DNA of 64,000 nucleotides from an uncultured Verrucomicrobiae bacterium (GCA_963812605.1 CAWEWF010000001.1:128001-192000), one strand, 5' to 3'. Numbered from the stretch's first letter, positions 40,867 to 50,783 are shown. Made by a program: numbers and translations. The notes: a model not told the origin generated them from the letters alone.

Positions 40867-41124
40867 GTCTTTGCTTCATATGTTTCACACGGCTGGCAAC
40901 CAGCGCAGCGTGTTCGCGGGCAATCAGGAAGACGCCCGCCACCATAGTTAACAATTGTTAAAAGCAGGGTGCGGCGGTGACGATTTTCGGTTTGCTTCAG
41001 CCAGCGTACAGGCTTAGCCTAGGCGTGTGGTCGGCTTGTCAGGCAACATCCCCATGAACAGGCACTTCTACTGGTGGAGAATGGTGTGTCAATGTACTGG
41101 GCGCACTGCATCTCCGGCACTGCC

Positions 41125-43086
41125 ATGAGAAGAAAATCTCTCGCGAGAAACGAATCTAACGTCGGACCGGGCGAAAGCCGGAGCGCCGAGGATTTGCTGC
41201 GTTCCATTGCGGAAGGCACGGCGGCCGTAACCGGGACGGGGTTCTTTCGCTCCCTGGTCGAGCACGTCGCGACGGGCCTGAATGTGCACTTCGTGTTTAT
41301 CGCCGAATGCCTGCCCAACTTACGCGCTCGTTCCCTGGCGGTCTGGGCGGATGGAAAGTTCGGGGCCGATTTTGAATACGATTTGCCCGGCACTCCTTGC
41401 TTTGAGGTGACCGAAGGCCGCACGTGTCATTATCCGGACCACCTTCCGGAGCTATTCCCAAAAGGCAAAGCCATGATCGACTTGGGGATCCTGAGCTTTC
41501 TCGGTGTCCCGGTACGCGATTCCTTTCAACGTGTCGTTGGCCACCTGGTCATCATGGACGACAAGCCCATGCCGCGGGATCCGATCATTCTACCGGTCAT
41601 AGAGGTTTTTGCGGCTCGGGCCGGTGTGGAACTCGAGCGTGCGCGGGCTTTCAATGAACTGCATCGGCTCCATGAGGAGAGCGAGGAGCGCTTCCGCGAT
41701 CTGTTCGACGAGGCCCCCATTGCCTATGTGCACGAAGGCCTGGATTCTCGTTTTATTCGAGCAAACCGCGCCGCAATGAGGATTCTGGGAATCACTCCCG
41801 AGGAGGTTGCCGGCACATACGGTAAGTCGTTCGCGCCCGATACGCCCGATGCCCAACGGCGTATGCGCGAGGCATTCGAGTCAATCGGCCACGGGACGGA
41901 CACCAGCGGGATCGTGCTGGAACTGCGCCGTAAGGACAACGGGAAGCCGATTTGGGTTCAATGGTGGTCGAGGCCCGATCCGGGTGGGAGCTACACTCGC
42001 ACGATGCTCATCGATATCACGGAACAAGTGCTGATGGAGAAGGAGAAGGCGCGACTCGAGGCACAGAACAAATATTTGCAGGAGGAGATCCGGGCCGAAC
42101 ACAACTTTACCGAGATCGTTGGCAACAGCCCGAAACTGCGAGCCGTGCTTCAGCAGGTTGAGCAGGTCGCATCGACCGATTCCACCGCGCTGATCTATGG
42201 TGAGACTGGCACGGGCAAGGAACTCGTCGCCCGCGCCATCCACAATCGCAGCCCCCGCAAAGAACGACCGCTCGTCAAGGTGAACTGCGGGGCGATTTCC
42301 GCAGGTCTGGTCGAGAGCGAACTCTTCGGTCACGTCAAGGGCGCGTTTACGGGCGCGCTTACCAGCCGCGACGGACGCTTTAAGGTCGCCGACGGCGGCA
42401 CAATCTTCCTCGACGAAGTCGGCGAACTGCCCCTGGAAACACAGGTGAAACTGCTGCGGGTGCTGCAAGAGCAGGAGTTTGAGCCGATCGGCAGCGATAA
42501 GTCCGTTCGCGTGGATGTGCGCATCATTGCCGCGACCAGCCGCAATCTTGACGAGATGGTTCGCGCAGGAAAATTCCGCGCAGACCTCCTCTACCGCCTG
42601 AACGTGTTTCCCATTCATGTCCCGCCGCTGCGTGAGCGACAAGGCGATGTGCCCCTGCTGGTGACATTTTTCCTGCAGCGTTTGGCCAAAAAGCTCGGCA
42701 AAAGAGTGACGCAAGTCTCTGAGGAGACAATGCAGCACCTGGTAGCCTATCCGTGGCCCGGCAATATCCGGGAACTGCAGAATGTCATCGAACGCGCTTT
42801 GATTCTCAGTAAGGGGGCTGTCCTCGCGCTTGATCGCGACTTTCAGCCTGCGGTGACAACGTCGTCTTCGCCCGTATCCGCAACATCAAGCCCGGCGACT
42901 TCCGCACCCCCAACTGCTTCCCTCAAAGACGCCGAACAGCGGCACATCGAGTCCGTACTCGCTCAGGCCGGCTGGGTGATCGAAGGCGAGCGCGGCGCGG
43001 CGAAGATGTTGAAACTACACCCGAACACGTTGCGCAGCCGCATGAAAAAGCTCGGAATTCAACGGCCACACGATCCGGCAGCGTAA
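41125..43086 (+). CDS. Sigma54-dependent activator with GAF and PAS domains (FhlA-like)
   Basis: GAF, PAS, GETGTGKE, GAFTGA, WPGNIREL, Fis HTH. Confidence 0.93.
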   Translation: MRRKSLARNESNVGPGESRSAEDLLRSIAEGTAAVTGTGFFRSLVEHVATGLNVHFVFIAECLPNLRARSLAVWADGKFGADFEYDLPGTPCFEVTEGRTCHYPDHLPELFPKGKAMIDLGILSFLGVPVRDSFQRVVGHLVIMDDKPMPRDPIILPVIEVFAARAGVELERARAFNELHRLHEESEERFRDLFDEAPIAYVHEGLDSRFIRANRAAMRILGITPEEVAGTYGKSFAPDTPDAQRRMREAFESIGHGTDTSGIVLELRRKDNGKPIWVQWWSRPDPGGSYTRTMLIDITEQVLMEKEKARLEAQNKYLQEEIRAEHNFTEIVGNSPKLRAVLQQVEQVASTDSTALIYGETGTGKELVARAIHNRSPRKERPLVKVNCGAISAGLVESELFGHVKGAFTGALTSRDGRFKVADGGTIFLDEVGELPLETQVKLLRVLQEQEFEPIGSDKSVRVDVRIIAATSRNLDEMVRAGKFRADLLYRLNVFPIHVPPLRERQGDVPLLVTFFLQRLAKKLGKRVTQVSEETMQHLVAYPWPGNIRELQNVIERALILSKGAVLALDRDFQPAVTTSSSPVSATSSPATSAPPTASLKDAEQRHIESVLAQAGWVIEGERGAAKMLKLHPNTLRSRMKKLGIQRPHDPAA

Positions 43087-43093
43087 TGGATCG

Positions 43094-43363
43094 TCAATTC
43101 TTGCCTGCGGACTTGAGTTGCTCGTTGAGAAATGGCGAACAACCCCTTATCGACACGCTCCGTCGGCGCAAATCCAGCAACAGCGCCACTCCCTTTTTAT
43201 CCGCAAATGTTGCCTCAGTAACATCAAGGGTAAGCAGACGCCCCTGATTCAGAAGTTCCTCAATCGTCTTCTGCAACTCCTCCACCCACGGGCCAACGAT
43301 CTGGCCCTCAAGGCGAAGCGTCACGGCTGGTTCGTCGGATTCAGCACTGGAAATCCGTAGCAT
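43094..43363 (-). CDS. STAS-like small protein
   Basis: LRLEGQIVGPWVEEL...LDVTEATFADKKGVALL. Confidence 0.75.
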   Translation of the reverse strand: MLRISSAESDEPAVTLRLEGQIVGPWVEELQKTIEELLNQGRLLTLDVTEATFADKKGVALLLDLRRRSVSIRGCSPFLNEQLKSAGKN

Positions 43364-43368
43364 ATCCC

Positions 43369-43995
43369 TTACCCCCTTGATGATCTCTTGTCATGGTCCT
43401 TGCCCCAAGTTGGCGCAAGCGCTTTGCGCAATTGTGTGCGAGCGCGATGGAGCATCACCCATAGATTACTTTCCGAGATGTTGAGCGTGGCGCAAATCTC
43501 GCTCCCGGAACATTCCTCGATCTCATACAGTTGAAACGCCTGTGCGATGCGCGGCGGCAGGTTACCCAGCGCCAATTCGAGCGCCGCACGAAACTCCTGC
43601 AATTCCATCCGCCGGTCCGGAGTGAGACACTGCGCGGCCGATTCATGCAGCCAGACCAGCGATTCATCCATGTCGTCCACATCAGAGCCCCTATCCCGTC
43701 TGAGGTCTGCGAGTCGTGGATGACGGCACTTGGCTCGCAGACGGTCGCAAATCTTGTGTCGCAGGATACTAACGAGCCAGGTTCGTTCGCTGCACTGGCC
43801 AGCAAAGCGATCGCGTGACTTGAACGCCGCCAAAAAGGTCTCCTGCACCAGATCTTCGGCCTCGCTGGCATCGCGAAGCTGGCCGACGGCAAAATTGAAG
43901 AGAAAATCTCCGTACAAGTCCAGCCAATGGGCAGGGTTTGTACGGGGGGATTTCTCCTTCACTCCCGGTCTCGCTGTTGCCGTGTTGCTGATCAC
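43369..43995 (-). CDS. ECF sigma factor
   Basis: AEDLVQETFLAA...SERTWLVSILRHKI...EICATLNISESNLWVMLHRAR; start uncertain. Confidence 0.9.
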   Translation of the reverse strand: MISNTATARPGVKEKSPRTNPAHWLDLYGDFLFNFAVGQLRDASEAEDLVQETFLAAFKSRDRFAGQCSERTWLVSILRHKICDRLRAKCRHPRLADLRRDRGSDVDDMDESLVWLHESAAQCLTPDRRMELQEFRAALELALGNLPPRIAQAFQLYEIEECSGSEICATLNISESNLWVMLHRARTQLRKALAPTWGKDHDKRSSRG

Positions 43996-44009
43996 GAGAA
44001 ATACCCCTT

Positions 44010-44025
44010 TGCAATGGCCGTGCCA
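44010..44025 (-). promoter_or_regulatory. Sigma54 (-24/-12) promoter upstream of the ECF sigma gene
   Basis: TGGCACG-GCCA-TTGCA on the minus strand, exact consensus spacing. Confidence 0.8.
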
Positions 44026-44176
44026 CCATTGCGACGCAAAGTGCGGCACGGCCTTGCAGGGCCGAAATTTATTGGCTTATCAGCCCACGGATTTCTTCGC
44101 GTGGCTTTTCGTTGGTGGTCTTTGCCCAACAAGACTTCGTGGCTGCCCACGAAAGGTCGTGGGCTGGGTGAGTGGG

Positions 44177-44473
44177 TTACGATTCCTTCCCGCTGAGTGA
44201 GCGGCTGATTCGGTCGCGAGCTTCGGGAGAAAGGCCCACGGAATCTGGAGTCTCTGCGTCGGCGGAATGGCTGTGCAGACTGATACGGAGCCGTTTCAAC
44301 TGGCTTTTGTATCGCGAGCACCACGCGCACATCGCGAGGTGGACGCGCAGCGTTACGCGCTCCCGCCATGCGAGCGGGCGCTCTGGCGCTTCGGAGAGTA
44401 TGCGTGTGACTTCGGCACACGGCAGAATGATGCGATGCAGCCAGTTAACAGCTTTCTTGTTCAATGTATTCAC
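44177..44473 (-). CDS. zf-HC2 zinc anti-sigma-like protein
   Basis: CAEVTRILS...LRVHLAMCAWCSRY (HxxxCxxC). Confidence 0.85.
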   Translation of the reverse strand: MNTLNKKAVNWLHRIILPCAEVTRILSEAPERPLAWRERVTLRVHLAMCAWCSRYKSQLKRLRISLHSHSADAETPDSVGLSPEARDRISRSLSGKES

Positions 44474-44494
44474 TGTAGTCTCACTTAACGCCCA

Positions 44495-44524
44495 TTAGTC
44501 GCGGCACAGACTCAAGACCTTACA
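44495..44524 (-). promoter_or_regulatory. ECF-type promoter copy B
   Basis: TGTAAGGT-N14-GCGACTAA upstream of the anti-sigma gene. Confidence 0.75.
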
Positions 44525-44615
44525 ACTCTTTGAAAACGTTGGCCGCTATTCCTTATGCAAGCAGTCGGCCCTGTACTTTCTTAGGACCCAATCGCCATCT
44601 GGCTGCATCCGAACC

Positions 44616-45239
44616 GTGGATGCAACAACAAACGAGGGAAGTGTGCGCCGCAAATTCGCAGCCGTAACAGTAGCCGCGTTGATGGCGACAACAGGGGACA
44701 GCATCCGCCTCGCTGCGGCGCTCCGTCTCGTAAACCAGGATACACAAACGAACGCAGGGGAAATGGAAATCGCTACGTTCGGGGGAGGATGTTTCTGGAA
44801 CTTGGAGGCGGCGTTTCGACAGGTCAAAGGCGTCGCCGATACCGTGGTGGGCTACGCGGTCGGCGCAGGCAAAAGGCCCACGGGCGAAGCCATATGTCGG
44901 CCTCGCACCGATTCTGTTGAAGCGTGCCGCGTTACCTTCGATCCCACGCGGATTACCTACGAGCAATTGGTCAAATACTTCTTTGCGATTCACAATCCGA
45001 CACTCACAGGCGGTGCGGGCCCCTTCGTCGGTTCGCCCGGTCGGCTGATAATCTTCTTCCACAACGCCGAGCAGGAGAGGATTGCCACAGCCGTGATGGA
45101 AAGCCAGGCGCAACCGGAAAACAACCAGCGGTCCCCGCTTGTGCAGGTCCTTTCTGAAAGCGACTTCTGTCGCGCCGATGAGGCTGACCAGCGCTATTTG
45201 GAAAAACAAGGCTTGGCAAACTGTTCTGCGAAACGGTGA
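44616..45239 (+). CDS. msrA: Peptide-methionine (S)-S-oxide reductase, divergent
   Basis: ATFGGGCFW, VGYA, FDPTRITYEQL, HNPT. C-terminal motif is atypical (ADEADQRYL). Alternative ATG at 44763. Confidence 0.8.
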   Translation: MDATTNEGSVRRKFAAVTVAALMATTGDSIRLAAALRLVNQDTQTNAGEMEIATFGGGCFWNLEAAFRQVKGVADTVVGYAVGAGKRPTGEAICRPRTDSVEACRVTFDPTRITYEQLVKYFFAIHNPTLTGGAGPFVGSPGRLIIFFHNAEQERIATAVMESQAQPENNQRSPLVQVLSESDFCRADEADQRYLEKQGLANCSAKR

Positions 45240-45428
45240 GCGCACCGAAACCTGCGTAAGGATTCAATGGGAACATTCAGCTCGCAAACACTATCAGCGG
45301 TAATAAATTGACAATCAACCAACTTCAACGTCCCGCGAGGGTCGCGGGAACACGTCATACGGGAAATGTCGGTCAAAGTCGGAACCCAAAACGAAAAGCG
45401 AACATCACAAAACGTGAGGAACTATTTT

Positions 45429-46175
45429 ATGAGCAATACCACATCAAAAAAACTTGAAGGAAAAATCGCCGTCGTCACCGGCGGCAATTCGGGAATGGGC
45501 CTGGCCACGGCCAAGCGATTCGTGGCGGAAGGCGCGTACGTCTTCATCACCGGTCGCCGCCAAAGGGAACTGGACGCGGCGGTGAAAGAGATCGGCAGCA
45601 ACGTCACGGGCGTTCAGGGCGACATCGCCAACCTCGCCGACATCGACCGTCTTTACGAAACCATCAAAGCAGGCAAGGGCCGGATCGACGTCCTCTTCGC
45701 CAACGCCGGCATCGGCGAGTGGGTCCCCATGGGTTCGATCACGGAAGCGCATTTTGACAAAACCTTTGACGTCAATGTCAAAGGCACGCTCTTCACCGTC
45801 CAGAAAGCCCTGCCCCTGTTCAAGAATGGTGGATCGATCATCATGACCGGCTCCGTCGCAAGCGTGAAGGGATTCCAGAATTTTACCGTCTACAATGCGA
45901 CCAAAGCCGCCATCCGGTCGTTCGCCCGGTCATGGACGACAGACCTAAAAGGCCGAAACATCCGGGTCAACGTGCTGAGTCCGGGCCCGATCGACACGCC
46001 GATTATGGACCCCCTCCCGAAAGACGCCATCGCGCAGATTGTGTCCGTCGTCCCGATGGGCCGCATGGGCACAGCGGACGAAATCGCCAAGGTCGCCGTC
46101 TTCCTGGCATCGGACGATTCCAGCTTTGTCTCCGGCATCGAGCTGTTCGTCGACGGTGGCATCGCGCAAGTTTGA
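45429..46175 (+). CDS. Short-chain dehydrogenase/reductase
   Basis: [27 protein letters not shown]. Confidence 0.93.
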   Translation: MSNTTSKKLEGKIAVVTGGNSGMGLATAKRFVAEGAYVFITGRRQRELDAAVKEIGSNVTGVQGDIANLADIDRLYETIKAGKGRIDVLFANAGIGEWVPMGSITEAHFDKTFDVNVKGTLFTVQKALPLFKNGGSIIMTGSVASVKGFQNFTVYNATKAAIRSFARSWTTDLKGRNIRVNVLSPGPIDTPIMDPLPKDAIAQIVSVVPMGRMGTADEIAKVAVFLASDDSSFVSGIELFVDGGIAQV

Positions 46176-46346
46176 AGATCAGTAGAAAGGGCCTGGCCGG
46201 ACTCTGAGGTCGGGGTCCCGCTTGTTTGTTTCTGCACCGTAAAACGGCCTTCAAGCCCGTTTACTTCTCACCGTCGGGGCGTAACCGAGTCAAGGCCGGC
46301 AATCGTGGGGGTACGCCCCCCGAAATCATGAGCGCAGGGAAATTTA

Positions 46347-46375
46347 AGTAAGGATTCGACCGCGACCGCGACAAA
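46347..46375 (+). promoter_or_regulatory. ECF-type promoter copy C
   Basis: AGTAAGGA-N13-GCGACAAA upstream of 46416. Confidence 0.65.
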
Positions 46376-46415
46376 CCATCGGAACAGCTAATTGGCAAAT
46401 AACCTGTGATTTGAC

Positions 46416-46739
46416 ATGAGCATCTGGAATTGGCACCTGTGTAATCTCTTTGGTGGAAACAAGCGTCACGACTTGGAACAAAACAAGTTCAAGTGTCCGG
46501 TCTGTGGCGAGATCGTTCCGGTCGGTGAACTGCGAGCACATGCCGCGACCGACAACCAGCGTTTTCAGGACGGTTTGGTCATCGCCCGGATCAAGCAGGA
46601 TCACCCCGAGTGGGTGGAGGCCGACGGTGCGTGTCCGAAATGCATCCAGTACTACCACCAAAGAGTTGCCGTTGAGAAGATCAAGCCCCACCCCCATCGG
46701 GACGCAGAACTCGGCACACCACCTGGGGCCCGAAGTTGA
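46416..46739 (+). CDS. Small Cys/His-rich protein
   Basis: CPVC...H and HPEW...GACPKC motifs. Confidence 0.65.
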   Translation: MSIWNWHLCNLFGGNKRHDLEQNKFKCPVCGEIVPVGELRAHAATDNQRFQDGLVIARIKQDHPEWVEADGACPKCIQYYHQRVAVEKIKPHPHRDAELGTPPGARS

Positions 46740-46800
46740 CTACATCAACGGCAATGTCCGCAGGAAGCGACGGCACCAATAAGATCGTCGAAAAGACATC

Positions 46801-47556
46801 ATGAAGAACGCGATTCTTTCTCTCCTACTGCTTGGGATGCTAATTGGCGGAGCACGCAACATGGCTTTTGGAGACAACTCTACGGATGAAGCGTTCGCTG
46901 TGGTGGAATTGTTCACATCCGAAGGGTGCTCGAGTTGTCCGCCCGCAGACAAGCTGCTCGCCGAGATTGCTAAAGACGCGAAGGAGAATGGTCGACGCGT
47001 CTTCCCGTTGGAGTATCACGTGGATTATTGGAATTACCTTGGATGGGCTGATCCGTTCAGTTCAGCCGCCTACTCCGATCGCCAGCAGGAGTACTGCCAC
47101 GTCCTTGGTGTGGACCAGATTTACACGCCGCAAATGATTGTGAATGGAAAGGAGGCGTTCGTCGGCTCGGATCGCACTCGTGCGCGTAAAACCGTGAATT
47201 CGGCTCTCTCCCTCCCAGCGAAGGTATCGGTGACGATCCGGGCCATTCCGGATGCCGACGGGTCCAAAATCGAGTATCGGGTTTCCAACACTCCAAAGAA
47301 TGCCTTGGTGTGCGTCGCGGTGGTTGAATCGGATTTGGCCAGTCAGGTGCGCCGTGGCGAAAACGCCGGCCGCACGTTGCCACACACGAATGTTGTTCGG
47401 GAATTCGCGGCTGTAGCACTTGATGGCAGCGGCCTGGGTGGCGTTAGCATCAAGACGAAGCTCTCGGCGCAAGATAAGAACAAGCAGGTCATCGTGTTCA
47501 TTCAAGATCGACGCACGCTGGCGATTCTAGGAGCGGCGAGTGTTGAACCATCCTAG
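46801..47556 (+). CDS. DUF1223 thioredoxin-fold exported protein
   Basis: VELFTSEGCSSCPPAD, HVDYWNYLGW, YTPQMIVNG, RGENAGR. Confidence 0.9.
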   Translation: MKNAILSLLLLGMLIGGARNMAFGDNSTDEAFAVVELFTSEGCSSCPPADKLLAEIAKDAKENGRRVFPLEYHVDYWNYLGWADPFSSAAYSDRQQEYCHVLGVDQIYTPQMIVNGKEAFVGSDRTRARKTVNSALSLPAKVSVTIRAIPDADGSKIEYRVSNTPKNALVCVAVVESDLASQVRRGENAGRTLPHTNVVREFAAVALDGSGLGGVSIKTKLSAQDKNKQVIVFIQDRRTLAILGAASVEPS

Positions 47557-47604
47557 TGCTCCAGCTTGAGCGCCGGTTCGGTTGCTCTGTCCCGATTGTC
47601 GCAC

Positions 47605-47633
47605 TGTAAGGTTTTCCCCGTTTCAGCGACTAA
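47605..47633 (+). promoter_or_regulatory. ECF-type promoter copy D
   Basis: TGTAAGGT-N13-GCGACTAA upstream of the trx-ccdA pair. Confidence 0.78.
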
Positions 47634-47690
47634 GTTTGTGACTGACAGCGGGAAGAATGCGAAGGAACCGCAGACCCAAAGGGAAAAATC

Positions 47691-48161
47691 ATGCACGACA
47701 ATTTCGAAATGGAAAATCTGCTGCCCCGGGAAGTTCACGCCGGTAAACAATACCCGATTTGCCATCGCAAAATACTGGGCGGCTGCCTGCTGGCTGTCTT
47801 CGCCGCGGTATTCACCCTCTTCACTGTTGGCGCGGTTTCCGGCGAAATCCAACCCTACGGCGAGACTGCCTTCAAGGCGGCTACGTCCGGGGGAAAAACC
47901 GTGGTGCTCGACTTCCATGCCGACTGGTGCCCCGTCTGTAGAAAGCAGGGACCACTGCTTGAGAGCCTGGCTCAAGAGGACAAGCTCAAGAACGTCGTGG
48001 TGTTGAAAGTGGATTACGACGAAGAAAGGGCGCTCAAGAAGCAGCTCAAAATCCTCAGCCAGTCCACGCTGGTGGTTTTCAAAGGGGAGAAAGAGGTTGC
48101 CCGCGCCACCGGCGTCACGGACAAGGACCAGATTCGTGAACTGATTGAGAAAGGGCTTTGA
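47691..48161 (+). CDS. Exported thioredoxin family protein
   Basis: Signal/TM segment; FHADWCPVC. Confidence 0.88.
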   Translation: MHDNFEMENLLPREVHAGKQYPICHRKILGGCLLAVFAAVFTLFTVGAVSGEIQPYGETAFKAATSGGKTVVLDFHADWCPVCRKQGPLLESLAQEDKLKNVVVLKVDYDEERALKKQLKILSQSTLVVFKGEKEVARATGVTDKDQIRELIEKGL

Positions 48162-48163
48162 GC

Positions 48164-48880
48164 ATGTCGTCCTTGGTGCTCGCCGTCCTGGCGGGATTGC
48201 TGACTTCCCTCTCGCCATGCGTGATTCCAGTATTGCCTCTGGTGGTAGGGAGCGCCGCCTCGCGTCATCGCCTTGGACCAGTGGCGCTGTGCGCCGGGCT
48301 GGTTGTGTCCTTCAGCGTTCTCGGTGTGGCTGTGGCGCTGGCCGTCAGGGCATTTGGATTCGATCCTGGCACTATCCGGATTGGGGGCGCGGTGCTCTTA
48401 CTATTGTTGGGTGCAGTCTTGCTCGTACCGAGAGCACAGGAGTTTCTTTCCAGCTTGCTCGCGCCCTTCGCATCACTCACGAGCCGCATAGCGCCCCAAG
48501 GAGACCGGGCTGGTCTTACGGGCAATTTTCTTACCGGAATGCTACTCGGCGCAATCTGGAGCCCATGCGCCGGACCGACACTGGGCGCGGCGATCGGTCT
48601 GGCCACGCAGGCGAAGACATCCCTGCAAGGCTTTGTACTCATGTTTGGGTTCGGGAGCGGCGCCAGCCTGCCGTTGCTCGCGGTGGCTTATGGTTCGCGC
48701 ACGCTCTTTCAGAAGAACAAGGGCTGGCTGATCGGGGTATCGGAGAGAATCAAGCCTGTCTTTGGCGCGATTCTCTTGGTGATGTCGGTGGGCGTATTGA
48801 GTGGCTACGACAAGAAGCTCGAATCGGCGGTTCTTCGCCATCTCCCCGATTCATGGGTGGACCTCACGACCCGGTATTGA
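48164..48880 (+). CDS. CcdA/DsbD-like transmembrane electron transporter
   Basis: LSPCVIPVLP and WSPCAGPTLG Cys motifs, about 6 TMs. Confidence 0.9.
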   Translation: MSSLVLAVLAGLLTSLSPCVIPVLPLVVGSAASRHRLGPVALCAGLVVSFSVLGVAVALAVRAFGFDPGTIRIGGAVLLLLLGAVLLVPRAQEFLSSLLAPFASLTSRIAPQGDRAGLTGNFLTGMLLGAIWSPCAGPTLGAAIGLATQAKTSLQGFVLMFGFGSGASLPLLAVAYGSRTLFQKNKGWLIGVSERIKPVFGAILLVMSVGVLSGYDKKLESAVLRHLPDSWVDLTTRY

Positions 48881-48954
48881 TTGGTCGCACACGTATCTTC
48901 AGAACCCTTAAAGTTCGTTTTGATTTTGCCCCACCCGCCAAAACGTTTATCAAT

Positions 48955-49257
48955 TTAGTGTGGCAATTTGTTGGCGAGCACGTCGAGCTTTTCGATTGAC
49001 GGCGGTTTCGCAAGTAGTTCGGGTGCCTTGGCCATCAAGGCGGCGGCAACCTGACCGGATAAATGCGCCTGACGACCCGCCTCGTCCGGAAATGCATCAA
49101 AAATACCGAAGGTTGACGCTCCAAACCGCACCGCGAACCATGCTGTGGTGGCGGGTTCCTGCTCGACGATGGCCAATCCGCCACGAAGGAATTTCTCGAC
49201 ATCCGTTTCCTTGCCCGGCTTTGCTTCCAATCGAACGAATAATGCGACATTTACCAT
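48955..49257 (-). CDS. Antibiotic biosynthesis monooxygenase (ABM) domain protein
   Basis: LEAKPGKE...FGIFDAFPDEAGRQAHL; AGGAGG RBS. Confidence 0.85.
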   Translation of the reverse strand: MVNVALFVRLEAKPGKETDVEKFLRGGLAIVEQEPATTAWFAVRFGASTFGIFDAFPDEAGRQAHLSGQVAAALMAKAPELLAKPPSIEKLDVLANKLPH

Positions 49258-49335
49258 TTGGTCCTCCTGCTCCTATGGAGCGTTTTTCTCTCGTTGCGTT
49301 ACCACTGATTTCCACTTTAACTCATCAAATAGCGT

Positions 49336-50313
49336 TCAAAGTGTCGGATACATTTTCGCGACGTAGTTGCCATAGCCGTTGAACGGCTGCGTCTTTACCC
49401 GGTCACCGGTGTCGATCAGACGCTCCGTCGCCTGTGACCAACGTGGATGAGGAACCTTGGGATTGACGTTTGACTCAAATGGGTATTCATCTGGGGCCAG
49501 CGTCTCCCAGAACGTGGTCGGTTGTTTGTCCACGAACTCGATTTTCACGATTGATTTGATGCTCTTGTAGCCGTACTTCCACGGAACCACGAGCCGCAGT
49601 GGCGCGCCGTGCTGTTTGGGCAGCGGTTTGCCGTAAATCCCGCTCGCCATAAGTGTTAGCGGGTGCATTGCTTCATCCAGACGTAAGCCCTCCTGATAGG
49701 GCCAGGGATACTGGGGTGTACTTGCCATGCCGGGTGCTTGATCAGGCCGGTTGAATGTTTCGAAGTGAACGAACTTCGCTTCCGGTTTGGGTATGACCTT
49801 TTCGATGAGCTTGCTCAACGGAAATCCCGTCCATGGTACAATTATCGCCCACGCTTCGACGCAGCGCAGCCGATAGACGCGCTCCTCCAGATCGAACATA
49901 TCGACAAGTTCCATTGAGTCGAGCGTCAGCGGCTTTTCAACCAAGCCGGTAATTTGTAGGGGCCATGGAGCCGGTACGAATCTGCCCACGAAGCGGAATG
50001 CATCCTTGTCGGGCGAAAACTCGTAGAAATTGTTGTAGGTGCTTGCAGCTTTCTCATTCGTGAGTCGCCAGTCGGGACTGAATTCTTGATTTCGCTTCGC
50101 CGGATAACCTTTTGCGGGTATCGTCGGGCCGGTGTCTGCGGAGTTGCTGTCCGATGGTTCGGATCTGCCGCAGCCAAGCAACGTCCCCGCCACCAGGGCT
50201 GCGCCCGCGAAACCGAGTTGCCGCAAGAACTGGCGTCGGTTCAGGAATGCCGCTTCGGGCGTGACTGATCGCTCGGGTAAATGCCACGCCGGTCGATGGA
50301 TGATGTTCGCCAT
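49336..50313 (-). CDS. msrP: Protein-methionine-sulfoxide reductase catalytic subunit MsrP
   Basis: Tat signal RRQFL with lipobox-like LLGC; YNNFYEF, RCVEAW, GAPLRLVVPWKYGYKSIK, HPRWSQATER. Confidence 0.93.
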   Translation of the reverse strand: MANIIHRPAWHLPERSVTPEAAFLNRRQFLRQLGFAGAALVAGTLLGCGRSEPSDSNSADTGPTIPAKGYPAKRNQEFSPDWRLTNEKAASTYNNFYEFSPDKDAFRFVGRFVPAPWPLQITGLVEKPLTLDSMELVDMFDLEERVYRLRCVEAWAIIVPWTGFPLSKLIEKVIPKPEAKFVHFETFNRPDQAPGMASTPQYPWPYQEGLRLDEAMHPLTLMASGIYGKPLPKQHGAPLRLVVPWKYGYKSIKSIVKIEFVDKQPTTFWETLAPDEYPFESNVNPKVPHPRWSQATERLIDTGDRVKTQPFNGYGNYVAKMYPTL

Positions 50314-50319
50314 GGAAAG

Positions 50320-50694
50320 CTACCGCTTCTGACCCAACCAGAGGAACAACATTGGAATGATGCATCCCAACGACAACGATGCCCAGACGAGCCATTTTTT
50401 CGGCTGAAAACGCACCGCCAAGACGACGCCCAATGCCACCGTGACGATCAGTGCGATAGCCATGGCGACGACCAACCCCCGAAACAACGACGGCGAATAG
50501 GCGCTGGCGGACTCAGTCGGGTAAATTTGATCCACGTGCACGGACGTCAGCCGCGCTTTCCAATCGCCTAGGTCGCCCGTTCCCTTGTGCCGGTTCGGAG
50601 TGACAGTTTGATACCAGCCGGTCAGCACAAAGAACAACAGCAGCGGCGCGAAGAAACATCCAAGATACGCGTGCAGACGGCGCAAGGCTTTCAT
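50320..50694 (-). CDS. Small PepSY-TM-like membrane protein
   Basis: RRLHAYLGCFFAPLLLFFVLTG...LTSVH; 3 TMs; 6 bp upstream of msrP. Confidence 0.7.
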   Translation of the reverse strand: MKALRRLHAYLGCFFAPLLLFFVLTGWYQTVTPNRHKGTGDLGDWKARLTSVHVDQIYPTESASAYSPSLFRGLVVAMAIALIVTVALGVVLAVRFQPKKWLVWASLSLGCIIPMLFLWLGQKR

Positions 50695-50783
50695 GTAGTG
50701 ATCTTCATTCTCAGTGTCTTTGTTGTTTAGGCGTTTATTTCTTGTCGCTGCAATCCCAATTGCACATCACACCAATCTCAGTA

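Noticed and set aside
44044-44058. Plus-strand sigma54-like site CGGCACGGCCTTGCA
   Set aside because: GG-to-GC spacing is 9 rather than the required 10, and no plus-strand gene is directly downstream.
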